Position numbers and translations under genes: made by a program
Shown here: positions 1 through 9,629 of the stretch, one piece after another
How the letters are laid out: every line of letters begins with the position of its first letter
Position numbering within the stretch: position 1 is the stretch's first letter
Origin: Akkermansia muciniphila
GTDB taxonomy: Bacteria > Verrucomicrobiota > Verrucomicrobiia > Verrucomicrobiales > Akkermansiaceae
NCBI GenBank assembly: GCA_945862285.1
Contig: CAMAYN010000001.1
Location: forward strand, 1 to 61,990
DNA: 61,990 nt
Direction: 5' to 3'
The notes under the pieces: generated by a model
Told to the model about the DNA's origin: nothing
The model's input: the letters and a program-made list of their open reading frames with translations, nothing else
Database searches by the model: none

Positions 1-2648
1 GGCAACGCGGCAACTCGATTCCATGTGCTATTTGCCGTATTCTCAGATGCAGCACCGATAAAGTTATCGGCTGTGGTGATTTGATTCCCCGATTGTGTGG
101 CGAACTGAACGTTCCAAACTGATTTCGACGTTGGAGTCGTCGTTGTAGCTGATGCTAGTCCAGAACCAGACGTCGTATTTTGTCCTGCACTGCGGTCACG
201 TGCTGTTACGGTGTAGGTGTAGGTCGTGGAGGGCGATAAGCCTGTATCAATGTACGCCGGGCTTAACTGCCAACCGCTATCTGTGCCGCCTGGGTTACCG
301 CTGGTTTCATCGAAAAAATATTCCACACCGTTAGCATCCGTAGCTGCGGTAGCGGTCATGGTGATGGTGTCCGTTCCAGTAGCCGTTGGTACGCTGGCCC
401 ATGTCATAGGATTCGGCGTAGGTGCTGTGGTATCGGGCGGGGCGGAAGCCAAGATAAGAAATCCGTTAGAATCTAGCGAGTAGTCCCCTAGCCCCGTGCC
501 GTTTACAGAAATTTTATCGAGTTGCGCATCAGTCAGCCCCGTGCCAGAGCCGAAGTTGATCGACGTGGTCGTGAAAGTTCCCGTGATATTGAGCGTTCCA
601 GGCCAAGAAATAGAACTGCTGTTGGCAAAAGTCAAAGATGCACCGGTTTGTAGGTTGATCGTAGCATTTCCGGTGATAGCAAGTGTTCCCGCCGTATCCG
701 AAAAAGTTGCCGCATCGAAAGTGCCGACACTGATTGTGAGCGCCGAGGAATTTGGTAGAACATTGTTGGCGCCTAAGGCGAGCGTTCCGCCGTGAATCGT
801 TGTTGTGCCAGTGTATGTGTTTGCACCAGAGAGAGTCCATTTTCCTGTGCCTGTTTTGGAGACGGAGGTGATATTCGTCGTGCTATTATTCACGATGGCA
901 CCCGCGATTTCTCCTGTTCCTGTTGTCGAACCAGAGAGCACCAAGGTCTTTGATCCTCCGCCTGTGGCTGTCATGTTGCTTGTGAATTTAAGTAAGCCTG
1001 TACCAGCTTGTTCTAGTGTCGAAGTGCCAGTGGTGCCTCGGAGATCGATTACGCGGTCTGAGGTGTCGCCTGTTCCAATATAGCGTAAGGTGGGATTAGC
1101 GGTTAGAGAACCGAAACCGATGGTTCCTCTGGCCGTGGTAGTCGGAGCGCCCAATGCGCTAGCTCCTGCGCCAACGTTCTTGATAGAATGAAAGGAATAG
1201 ATTCCCGTTTGCTGGGTGTTGATTATGGCATCAAAAGTGTTGTTGCCCGAGAGGATGACCCCGTTTGGTGTGCCTGCTCCTAGGAATATATTTTGCCCGG
1301 CTTGGACCCCTGAAATATTTCCGGAAATGTTGAGTCCACTCAGCCAATAATTCCCAGCGCTAGGTGTCGCGTTTGTAATGTTTCCTACTTTGAGCATGTC
1401 CGTTCCAGTGCGCACGGCGATATTAAATGCTCCTGTGGCGGCGATTTCATTGATGGTCGCATTCGCTCCTGCTGCGGTGGTGAAATCCATTGCTGCTGTG
1501 AGCGAGGTAAGTTTGGAAATGACGATGCTCGACCCTGACGCTGTAGTGAAAACAAATTGTTGTCCTGACGACTGATTATATTCCGATTCGCCTAAGCTAA
1601 GGTTGACATTTGTTGCAGAAATATTGATGCCATTTGCGCCTCCTCTCGCAGTAAATCCTCGATTTGTCGTCACAGCAGATCCAGAATAATTCAGCGTGGC
1701 CCCGATGAGTGTTAGACCCGCTTTACCAGCAGTGGCAAAATTTCCAATACTGCTGACAGTGCCGGCGTTGGCAAGGTTAGCAATGCTGAGTGTGCCACCT
1801 TGCACCGTGGTCGTGCCAGTATAGGCATTATTCGCGCCTAGGGTAAGTGTATTCGCCCCTAGTTTGGTTAGACCTCTGCTGACGGAGCCGATGGCGGAGG
1901 AGTAGGAAAAATTGCCTGCTGTGGTATCGATACCGATAGATGTTGTGCTATCGACGGAAACATTGCTCAAGTTTCCCGACATGACTCCTGAGAAGGCATT
2001 GTCAAGATCGGTGACAGTAAAGCCTGAGCCACCCATACCAAGACCAAGTGTGGTTCCTGCGCTGAATACGTGAGTGCCCGAACTAGTTTTTGCGGCAAGG
2101 TTGCGAAATACCAGTGTGCCCTCGTTTACAGATGAGCCGCCAGAATAAGTGTTTGCGCCACTGAAGGCCACCGTGCCTGTGCCAGTTTTATTGATGCCGG
2201 TTGCTCCCAAAATGGGAGAGATTATTGTTTGAATAACATTAGGATTATTCTGAGTAATGGAGCTTACGGTCAACGAGTTTGCGGCGTTACCTAGTGTGAT
2301 TGCAGACGTTTGTCCTGCACCATAAACGATAGAACTCGCGACAACACCTACTGCTGCGATACCCACAGTCCCGTTGCCATAATTAAGCGTTGCAGTGCCA
2401 AAATTTACAGTGTCGGATGAGTTTGTGATGACTGGTGAGATTGCGGTAGTTCCAGCGTTATTGGCACTCCAGAAATCGCTCGTTCCCCACGTGCCCGTCG
2501 TGCTACCAAAGCCTGCAGTTGCGCCGTTAGAATCCCACCAGTAATCGGCAGCATGCGATGGATGCGCTGCTAGGGATAAGGCAAGGAATGAAAGGCTGAT
2601 GTAGCGTGTTATTGCGGTTAGACCTTTGGATTTTACTTTCTGTAACAT
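1..2648 (-). CDS. Large secreted protein with autotransporter-associated beta-strand repeats and an Fn3-like domain (3' end runs off the window)
   Basis: Missing from the ORF track, probably because no stop falls inside the window. Manual translation from ATG 2648 gives a signal peptide (MLQKVKSK...AHPSHA), then ADYWWDSNGATAGFG, repeats such as KTGTGTVAFSGANTYSGGSSVNEGTL and KTGTGKWTLSGANTYTGTTTIHGGTL, and a DTGLSPSTTYTYTVTARD Fn3-like motif. Frame spot-checked at both ends only. Confidence 0.85.
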   Translation of the reverse strand, partial: MLQKVKSKGLTAITRYISLSFLALSLAAHPSHAADYWWDSNGATAGFGSTTGTWGTSDFWSANNAGTTAISPVITNSSDTVNFGTATLNYGNGTVGIAAVGVVASSIVYGAGQTSAITLGNAANSLTVSSITQNNPNVIQTIISPILGATGINKTGTGTVAFSGANTYSGGSSVNEGTLVFRNLAAKTSSGTHVFSAGTTLGLGMGGSGFTVTDLDNAFSGVMSGNLSNVSVDSTTSIGIDTTAGNFSYSSAIGSVSRGLTKLGANTLTLGANNAYTGTTTVQGGTLSIANLANAGTVSSIGNFATAGKAGLTLIGATLNYSGSAVTTNRGFTARGGANGINISATNVNLSLGESEYNQSSGQQFVFTTASGSSIVISKLTSLTAAMDFTTAAGANATINEIAATGAFNIAVRTGTDMLKVGNITNATPSAGNYWLSGLNISGNISGVQAGQNIFLGAGTPNGVILSGNNTFDAIINTQQTGIYSFHSIKNVGAGASALGAPTTTARGTIGFGSLTANPTLRYIGTGDTSDRVIDLRGTTGTSTLEQAGTGLLKFTSNMTATGGGSKTLVLSGSTTGTGEIAGAIVNNSTTNITSVSKTGTGKWTLSGANTYTGTTTIHGGTLALGANNVLPNSSALTISVGTFDAATFSDTAGTLAITGNATINLQTGASLTFANSSSISWPGTLNITGTFTTTSINFGSGTGLTDAQLDKISVNGTGLGDYSLDSNGFLILASAPPDTTAPTPNPMTWASVPTATGTDTITMTATAATDANGVEYFFDETSGNPGGTDSGWQLSPAYIDTGLSPSTTYTYTVTARDRSAGQNTTSGSGLASATTTTPTSKSVWNVQFATQSGNQITTADNFIGAASENTANSTWNRVAAL

Positions 2649-2759
2649 ATTCGAGTTCAATTGTGCTGTCGTTATCCGCAACAGAATGAAACGTTCAAAA
2701 TATTTATCAAATGATATTTTTTCTTGCAGCCTGTATAGAATTTATTCACGTTGTTCATC

Positions 2760-3827
2760 ATGAACCATGTTACGATTCGATCTGTTTCTGAGCAAATTGC
2801 CGATTATATCAAGCTAGAAATTCAGTCGGGACGATGGGCGGAATTTTTCCCTGGGAGGAATGAATTAGCGAAGCAGTTTGATCAGGCGGTGATGAGTGTA
2901 GAAATGGCACTCCAGCAATTGGAAAAAGAAGGTTGGCTCATTTCTCAAGGAGCAGGGCGCCCACGCAAGGTTTTTAACCTAGCGGAATCGAATGGTGCGC
3001 ACAGTTTACGGATTGCGATCTTAATTTATGAACGTGAAGCCTATAGCGATGGGATTTATCCACGACTATTACACCTACTTAGGGAAGACGGTCACGATGC
3101 CTTTTTTGTCAATACAACACAGATGGAGTTAGGAGGGAGCATCAGGAAACTTTCTCGCATCGTTGACAAAATCAAGGCTGATGCGTGGATTTTGTGCACT
3201 TCTACAAGAGAGTTCGCCGCATGGTTCGCGCAGTCGGGGATTCCTGTTTTTGCCTTATTTGGCCGGCGTCGCGGCTTGCCGATCGCTAGTGCTGGACCCG
3301 ATAAGTCAACGGCGATTGCGGAGGCGACGAAGAAGCTGATTTCCCTAGGTCATGAGCGAATTGTGATGCTGGTGCGGGAGGATCGGCGACAACCTCATCC
3401 CGGGTATGTCGAGCGTGCGTTTCTGCGAGAATTAGAAAGGAACGGTCTGTTAAGTAGTAAATATCATTTGCCTGATTGGAAAGATGGGAGCGAAGGCTTG
3501 CTTGGAGTTCTTCAGAAAATTTTTGCGACCACACCTCCTACGGCACTGATTGTGGATGAGCTAGCAATACTTCTCGCCACGCAGCAGTTTCTGGCCAGCA
3601 AAACGATTCTCGTGCCGCGCGATGTATCTTTGGTGAGCATGGAATATGAAAATGTTTTTGCTTGGAGTTCTCCGATGATTGCTCATGTCAAATGGGACAT
3701 AGAATTTGTGCTCAAGAGGACAAGACAGTGGGCAAGAAATGTCGCAAAAGGGAAAAAGGATTTCAAAGAAACCAATACTCTAGCGGTATTTGTGGAAGGC
3801 GGGACGATTGCTATAGCAAAACGATGA
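2760..3827 (+). CDS. Transcriptional regulator with GntR-type HTH and LacI-type substrate-binding domain
   Basis: N-terminal SEQIADYIK...PGRNELA...LEKEGWL winged HTH; C-terminal LISLGHERI and PTALIV...VPRDVSLV LacI/PurR sensor motifs; divergent from the autotransporter-repeat gene. Confidence 0.85.
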   Translation: MNHVTIRSVSEQIADYIKLEIQSGRWAEFFPGRNELAKQFDQAVMSVEMALQQLEKEGWLISQGAGRPRKVFNLAESNGAHSLRIAILIYEREAYSDGIYPRLLHLLREDGHDAFFVNTTQMELGGSIRKLSRIVDKIKADAWILCTSTREFAAWFAQSGIPVFALFGRRRGLPIASAGPDKSTAIAEATKKLISLGHERIVMLVREDRRQPHPGYVERAFLRELERNGLLSSKYHLPDWKDGSEGLLGVLQKIFATTPPTALIVDELAILLATQQFLASKTILVPRDVSLVSMEYENVFAWSSPMIAHVKWDIEFVLKRTRQWARNVAKGKKDFKETNTLAVFVEGGTIAIAKR

Positions 3828-3829
3828 CT

Positions 3830-4891
3830 TTACTTCCTCTGAAAAATGGATAAGTCCCACTGGTCTTGCCATTGAATGATTGCACGATTTTGATGATCAA
3901 AAGTGACAGGGAGCCAGATGTAGGGGGAATGGTAAGGATTGTTTTCACTATTTATATCGAACATGGCAATCCAAGCATCTTTTTTCCCCGGCAGAGGAAA
4001 AATATAAGTGCTTTGGCCACCGAAGGTTTTGTCTGGTCCAAGCTTGTTATGGGGATTGATTCCTTGGCAAGGGTTCGGCAGAGCTTGCCAAGGACCAGTG
4101 AGCTGATCGGCTACAAACATCCGCGCGGGGTTTGCCTTCCAGCCTGTGCTGGCTGAGCCTAGGAGGTAAAGTTGCTTGCCACGCTGAAACAAGGCTGGGG
4201 CTTCCGTGTGCTGGGTGATGCCTTGCATTTCTAGGTAATCTCCTGCGGGCCTGAGGCCATCAGCTGACATTTTTCCTGCGATGAGCTTTTTGTCTGGCTT
4301 ACGTACGCAAACGTGAAAAACATCGCTGGCTTGATCGACAAATATCGCAAAATCTCCCGTGCCGAACTTGCTATCGACACCATTGCATTTCCCTCCGAGA
4401 AAGCGGCCATGATACGTAAAAGGCCCAAGTGGAGCGGGTGCTGATGCCACACCAACGTAGGCGTAGTCTTTGCCCGATTTCCCCCCTTCTTCTTTTGGCG
4501 GATAGAGTTTGAAATACATGATCCACTTGCCCGTTCTTTGGTGATGAATGACTTTGGGCCGATCGAGAATAAACGCTTTGGCTAATTCTGGTGGAGCATC
4601 GGCGGCGAAAACAGAGATCATCAATCCCTTATTTTCCCAATTGTAGAGGTCCTTGCTCGTGTAGCAACTCACGCCCGCTTCGTTTTTGTCATTTTCGGTC
4701 TTTCCAGGGATTTTTTGAGCTCCATACCAGTAGTAGGTGTCTTCGTGTTGGATCACGCAGAAACCGTGGGCATTAATCAGTTCTCCTTTGCTGTCGTGCC
4801 ATGGCTTGCCGGGTGAAATCTTCGATACTGGTTGAGCTATACACAAAATGGACGATGCGATGACGATGATGCATGAGAGGAATCGATTCAT
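3830..4891 (-). CDS. Secreted glycoside hydrolase family 43 (GH43_24-like)
   Basis: Signal peptide; W.D..G..INAHG, YYWYG, YTSKDLYNW, DRPKVI, EAPALF and GGQSTY motifs of five-bladed GH43 enzymes. Confidence 0.85.
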   Translation of the reverse strand: MNRFLSCIIVIASSILCIAQPVSKISPGKPWHDSKGELINAHGFCVIQHEDTYYWYGAQKIPGKTENDKNEAGVSCYTSKDLYNWENKGLMISVFAADAPPELAKAFILDRPKVIHHQRTGKWIMYFKLYPPKEEGGKSGKDYAYVGVASAPAPLGPFTYHGRFLGGKCNGVDSKFGTGDFAIFVDQASDVFHVCVRKPDKKLIAGKMSADGLRPAGDYLEMQGITQHTEAPALFQRGKQLYLLGSASTGWKANPARMFVADQLTGPWQALPNPCQGINPHNKLGPDKTFGGQSTYIFPLPGKKDAWIAMFDINSENNPYHSPYIWLPVTFDHQNRAIIQWQDQWDLSIFQRK

Positions 4892-4903
4892 GATGCGAGA
4901 AAG

Positions 4904-6049
4904 TTAGCGATGTGAAAAACCGAGGACAAGTTTTTCGAGGCCTTGGGCTAGCACAGTGCGGGGGCAGGCAAAGTTCCAACGAATGTAGCCTGGATGCCCG
5001 AAGAAGGTGCCGTCAGAAACAAAGAGAGCCGCATTTTTTTCCAAATGCAATGCGGGATTCGGCAGGTCTAGAGCGCGACAGTCGATCCACGTCAGGTATG
5101 TGGCTTGATTGCGATTGACGATCAAAGATGGTGCGTTTTCCGCGAGGAAGGAAAGAAGGAATTCTTGATTGGCGGCGAGGTATTGCAGCATTTCTATTCG
5201 CCACGGTTCCCCATGGAGGTAGGCGGCTTCGGCGGCGTAGTAACCAAAGGTGTTGATCTCGGCGAGGGTGTGTCCGCGCGAGGCGGTGAATTTTCGACGT
5301 AGGGAATCATCCGTGATCACCGCGTAGGCGATGCCGATGCCGGCGATGTTGTAGGTCTTGGATGGAGAAAGTAGCGTGATGATGCGATCGTGGTATCGCG
5401 CGGGAAGTGCATGCGCGCAAATGTGAGGCGTTGTCGCTTCGTCTAGAATGAGGTCGCAATGGATTTCATCAGAAATGAGAATGAGATTGTGGCGTTCGCA
5501 AAAGTCACAGAGGGCTTCGAGTTCGTTTCTGGCAAAAACACGGCCTAGAGGATTTTGCGGGTTGCTGAGAAGAAATACCCGTGTGCGTGGCGTAATCGCG
5601 GCCTCCATGGCAGGGAAATCGAAAGTCCATCGTCCGTCGATTTGTGTGTGCGGCAAACTGACGAGTTGTACATCCTCGCCGTCGTGATGAACGTTAAGAA
5701 ATGGCGGGTAGGATGGTGAGCAAGTCATCACCGCATCACCAGGTGAGCAGAAGGCGCGAACGGCAAGCGATAATGCGGGCACGAGCCCACCGAGCCAGAC
5801 GAGGTCTTTTTCGCTGACAGTGAGATTTTTTGTCCGGAGAAGGTAGCCTAGCGTGGCATCGATGAGTCCATGGTGCGCCTGGGCATAACCGTAAATGGGG
5901 TGTTGGCAGCGTTTGATGAGCGCGGTGGTGATTTCGGGCGCCGAGGCAAAGTCCATGTCCGCGACCCAGAATGGATCAAGTTCGGGACGGCGATCGTATT
6001 TAATATTTCCTGTACCGCGGCGCGGGATGATGGTATCGAAATCGTACAT
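4904..6049 (-). CDS. MalY/PatB family PLP-dependent C-S lyase (cystathionine beta-lyase-like)
   Basis: WVADMDF, SNPQNPLGR, ISDEIHCD and SPSKTYNIAG motifs. Confidence 0.9.
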   Translation of the reverse strand: MYDFDTIIPRRGTGNIKYDRRPELDPFWVADMDFASAPEITTALIKRCQHPIYGYAQAHHGLIDATLGYLLRTKNLTVSEKDLVWLGGLVPALSLAVRAFCSPGDAVMTCSPSYPPFLNVHHDGEDVQLVSLPHTQIDGRWTFDFPAMEAAITPRTRVFLLSNPQNPLGRVFARNELEALCDFCERHNLILISDEIHCDLILDEATTPHICAHALPARYHDRIITLLSPSKTYNIAGIGIAYAVITDDSLRRKFTASRGHTLAEINTFGYYAAEAAYLHGEPWRIEMLQYLAANQEFLLSFLAENAPSLIVNRNQATYLTWIDCRALDLPNPALHLEKNAALFVSDGTFFGHPGYIRWNFACPRTVLAQGLEKLVLGFSHR

Positions 6050-6061
6050 GTGGTGAGGTGT

Positions 6062-7543
6062 TTACACACATTCCGCGTAATCTAGCAAGCCCTGCCTGCC
6101 CCCTTCGCGTCCGAATCCCGATTCCTTGTAGCCACCAAAGGGGGAAGTGGGATCGAATTTATTATAGGTATTTGCCCAAATCACCCCTGCTTTGAGTTGT
6201 GTGGCCATACGCAAAATGCGCGATCCTTTATCCGTCCAAACTCCAGCACTGAGGCCATAGCAGGTATTGTTCGCCTTCTCGATGGCCTCTTCTGGCGTGC
6301 GGAAGGTGAGAATGCTCAGCACGGGGCCAAAAATTTCTTCACGGGCGATGCGATGGCTAAGACTCACACCAGAAAAAATGGTCGGCGGAAAATAATACCC
6401 ATTTGTGGGCAGTGAGCAGTCGGGTTGATGCATTTCCGCGCCTTCGGCAACACCAGCGGCGCAGAGTTCTTGGATTTTGGCGAGTTGCTGCGATGAATTG
6501 ATGGCACCGATGTCGGTATTTTTATCAAGAGGATCGCCGACGCGCAGTGTGCGCAGACGGTTTTTCAGTTTGGCGAGAACTTGATCGGCGATGGATTCTT
6601 GCACAAGTAATCGCGACCCAGCGCAGCAAACGTGGCCTTGATTAAAAAAGATGGCGTTAATGATCCCTTCCACAGCTTGGTCAAGGGGTGCATCTTCAAA
6701 AATGATATTCGCGGCTTTTCCCCCGAGTTCCAGAGTCAGGCGTTTGCTGCTGCCAGCTAAGGTGTGCTGGATCCATTTGCCGACAGCAGTAGAACCAGTG
6801 AAGGCGATTTTTTTCGCTAGTGGATGCTGGACAACGGCTTTTCCTGTATCACCAGGGCCGGTGACGAAGTTGACAACGCCCGGTGGCAAACCTGCTTCGA
6901 GGAGCAAGGTGGCGAATTTTATGCAGGTAATGCTCGTGGTTTCTGCGGGCTTGAGGACGACGGTATTGCCGCACGCGAGTGCGGGGGCGAGCTTCCATGC
7001 GAGCATGAGCAGCGGGAAATTCCAGGGAATGATTTGTCCGACGACACCAAGCGGTGCGAGATTTTTCCCTGGTGTGGCGTAGGCGAGTTTATCAGCCCAA
7101 CCGGCGTGGTAGAAAAAGTGCGCAGCGGCCATGGGAAGGTCAAAGTCGCGAGCTTCTTTGATGGGTTTGCCGCCATCGAGTGTTTCGGCAACGGCAAACT
7201 CACGGGCTCGATCTTGGAGTAGGCGGGCAATGCGATAGAGATATTTTCCACGCTCTGCACCGGGGAGTTTGCTCCATGCGGGGAAGGCGTTTGCTGCGGC
7301 TTGGTAGGCGGCATCGACATCCGTAGCATTGGCATGAGCAATGTCTGCCAAGTGTGATGCATCGCGGGGACTCAGGGAGGGGAAATATTTCTTGCTCCGA
7401 GGTTTGGTGAATTTTCCGCCGATGAAAAGTTCGTAGCGAGTATCGAGGTGGGGTTGAGCTGTCTCAGGTGCGGGATCGTAGTCCCATAAATTTCCGAAGA
7501 GTAATTCACGCTCGGCTGTGCGTGGTGCTTTTTTTGTTGCCAT
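6062..7543 (-). CDS. Aldehyde dehydrogenase
   Basis: IIPWNFP, FTGST, LELGGK, catalytic Cys in GHVCCAGSR, EEIFGP and PFGGYKESG. Confidence 0.95.
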   Translation of the reverse strand: MATKKAPRTAERELLFGNLWDYDPAPETAQPHLDTRYELFIGGKFTKPRSKKYFPSLSPRDASHLADIAHANATDVDAAYQAAANAFPAWSKLPGAERGKYLYRIARLLQDRAREFAVAETLDGGKPIKEARDFDLPMAAAHFFYHAGWADKLAYATPGKNLAPLGVVGQIIPWNFPLLMLAWKLAPALACGNTVVLKPAETTSITCIKFATLLLEAGLPPGVVNFVTGPGDTGKAVVQHPLAKKIAFTGSTAVGKWIQHTLAGSSKRLTLELGGKAANIIFEDAPLDQAVEGIINAIFFNQGHVCCAGSRLLVQESIADQVLAKLKNRLRTLRVGDPLDKNTDIGAINSSQQLAKIQELCAAGVAEGAEMHQPDCSLPTNGYYFPPTIFSGVSLSHRIAREEIFGPVLSILTFRTPEEAIEKANNTCYGLSAGVWTDKGSRILRMATQLKAGVIWANTYNKFDPTSPFGGYKESGFGREGGRQGLLDYAECV

Positions 7544-7601
7544 GAAAAATTGCTAGCAAAATCCTAAAAGGAAACAAGATGATTGTGCGGGAATTCGATC
7601 G

Positions 7602-9629
7602 TTATGGTGCCACGGGAGTCAAGATGCCTGTTTTGGTAACGCCGTTTTCTGTCGCCACCACAAGGATCAGTCCGTTCGTAGATAGATCGATGGCTCTGAT
7701 GATTTGTAAATTGCTTCCCGCAGGTTTAGTGATCAGAGTGTTGAGATCGATGTATTTGCCATTTCTCCAGAGGGTTGGATTTTTCGGAATTTGAGCATCT
7801 GGGTCACCTTCTGTGATGGCTAGTCCTTGGGCATTTAATCGATGAGCACCCATTTTCATTGATGCGGGCTTATGCCAACGCGCCGTGCCTGTGCCGCCGA
7901 TGCGTTTTTCGAGCAAACACGCATCACCTGAGGTGATCCACAGCCGACTTGTGTCATCTTGTTTCTTGTTAATCGCCTCGCTCATTTCAGCGACTTCAAC
8001 GACTTGATTTGTCATGAAACTAAGTTCTGAAATGGCAGTGCCTTCTTTGAGCCAGATTTTTGATTGATAGCCGCCCGCATTCAGCGCTCTTCGTTCTACA
8101 CAGAGGGATCGATTTTGATCAAGAATCGCACCAGGGAAGGTCATGTTTTCATCAATTTCTTGTTCTAAATCCCGTACCGTTGTCATGCTGTAGGTATTGC
8201 CTGAACTGGCATAGTTCATCCAAATATTAAATCCTACGGGAGCGTGAGAGCAGAGAGCATTAATGGTGCCATCGTTGGCAATGCCGCCAAAGGTTTTTCG
8301 CGGTTCGAGAGCATTTTGGTAATAATTGTTATGTACAACTGAGCTGATTTCCCCTGCTGGAAATGGATATTGTGGGAAAAAATAATTAGGCGGGGCATAT
8401 TGCGTTTTGCTTGTGCCGCTGCGTTTCCAGACCATGCCAGGAATAAAGGGGTCGATCCTGCCGTAATTATCGCCCTTGCTGAGTCCAAAAATGACACCGT
8501 TGTCGTTGATGTCGATGAACTCAATCACAGGCTCGATTAGATCAAATTGTGTTTGATTTGCAGCTACATTAACCGTCTTGCCATTATAGCTCCAACTCAT
8601 CTCCCATTCGTTTGTGCCAATATTGATGTTTTGCTGACCACTGAGTTCCAAAGTGACCCATGTTTGCGATGCACTATCCCACAGGTTTTTTTGGTCGTTA
8701 ATCTGCATGCCGGTCAACCTGCCATCGCGGAAGAGAATTTGACCATCTTGGTTAATCGCAATCGGTTTATGCAAGGGTGAAATTTCGGTCACATGGGCTT
8801 GCCAAGTGTAGGTGAGAGCAGGGGTTTTTAGCCAATTGATTTCAGCGTCTGTCGGCACAGCATCTTGGCTATCGAGGAGAGTGTCGCCGTCGGTATCGGG
8901 GTTTTTCGGATCGGTGTTATCTTTCAGCTCTTGGAGGTTTAAGCTGCCATCGTTATCTGGATCGATGTCTAAAAGAATTCCAGAGATGCCATTCTGAACA
9001 AGTTCAGTAGTATGGTATTCAGCGAGATTTTGATCAGGAATATCAAGGAAAGATCTCGATTGATTTGGATCCAGCCTAAGGATCAGTTCATCAGCGTTAC
9101 TTAACCCATCTTCATCGGTGTCTTGGTCGAGAACTTTTACGCGCCAAAATAGACGTGGAGCAGCAGAATCGGTAGCGGTATTGGTGGTTTGTATGCCCAT
9201 GCATAACTGCTGATCGTTCGTGCCAGCCGCCATTAATGGTCCGACGTTTGCCCAAAACTTCATATCGGAACTTGTTTGGACTCGATAGACTTTACCCACA
9301 ATCACGGGCCATGCCAATTCGAAGCTGTTTTGTTGGAGCGCAGGCGTGATTTTCACTGCGGTTTTGCCAGTGACTCCAGATGCAGAGAACGGGTTCGTTC
9401 CTGCGAGACATTCTTGGGCATTTGTCCAGCCGTCTTGATCAGGATCGGCAGTAGGGGAATGAGTGGCGTTTGCATCGGAAAATAACACGAGGTTATTATA
9501 TTTCAGTTCCCATGCGTCGCTCAGAGTATTGTTGTTGCGGTCAACCATGCCTGCACTTGGTAGCACGCAGGAAAAAAGGAAGCCACTGATCGATACTCGT
9601 TGCAGAATCTTTTTGGAAGAGAAATTCAT
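7602..9629 (-). CDS. Secreted protein with DxDxDG Ca-binding repeats and a C-terminal HAF-like beta-propeller repeat region (module copy 1, gene B)
   Basis: Signal peptide; DPDQDGWTNAQE...GTNP and DTDGD repeats; C-terminal repeats AINQDGQI, DINDNGVI, WRNGKYIDLNTLI. The N-terminal ~180 aa are clearly paralogous to 42992..45658. Confidence 0.75.
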   Translation of the reverse strand: MNFSSKKILQRVSISGFLFSCVLPSAGMVDRNNNTLSDAWELKYNNLVLFSDANATHSPTADPDQDGWTNAQECLAGTNPFSASGVTGKTAVKITPALQQNSFELAWPVIVGKVYRVQTSSDMKFWANVGPLMAAGTNDQQLCMGIQTTNTATDSAAPRLFWRVKVLDQDTDEDGLSNADELILRLDPNQSRSFLDIPDQNLAEYHTTELVQNGISGILLDIDPDNDGSLNLQELKDNTDPKNPDTDGDTLLDSQDAVPTDAEINWLKTPALTYTWQAHVTEISPLHKPIAINQDGQILFRDGRLTGMQINDQKNLWDSASQTWVTLELSGQQNINIGTNEWEMSWSYNGKTVNVAANQTQFDLIEPVIEFIDINDNGVIFGLSKGDNYGRIDPFIPGMVWKRSGTSKTQYAPPNYFFPQYPFPAGEISSVVHNNYYQNALEPRKTFGGIANDGTINALCSHAPVGFNIWMNYASSGNTYSMTTVRDLEQEIDENMTFPGAILDQNRSLCVERRALNAGGYQSKIWLKEGTAISELSFMTNQVVEVAEMSEAINKKQDDTSRLWITSGDACLLEKRIGGTGTARWHKPASMKMGAHRLNAQGLAITEGDPDAQIPKNPTLWRNGKYIDLNTLITKPAGSNLQIIRAIDLSTNGLILVVATENGVTKTGILTPVAP

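Noticed and set aside
152..1575. Several short plus-strand ORFs
   Set aside because: They are antisense shadows of the long minus-strand repeat protein gene (1-2648).
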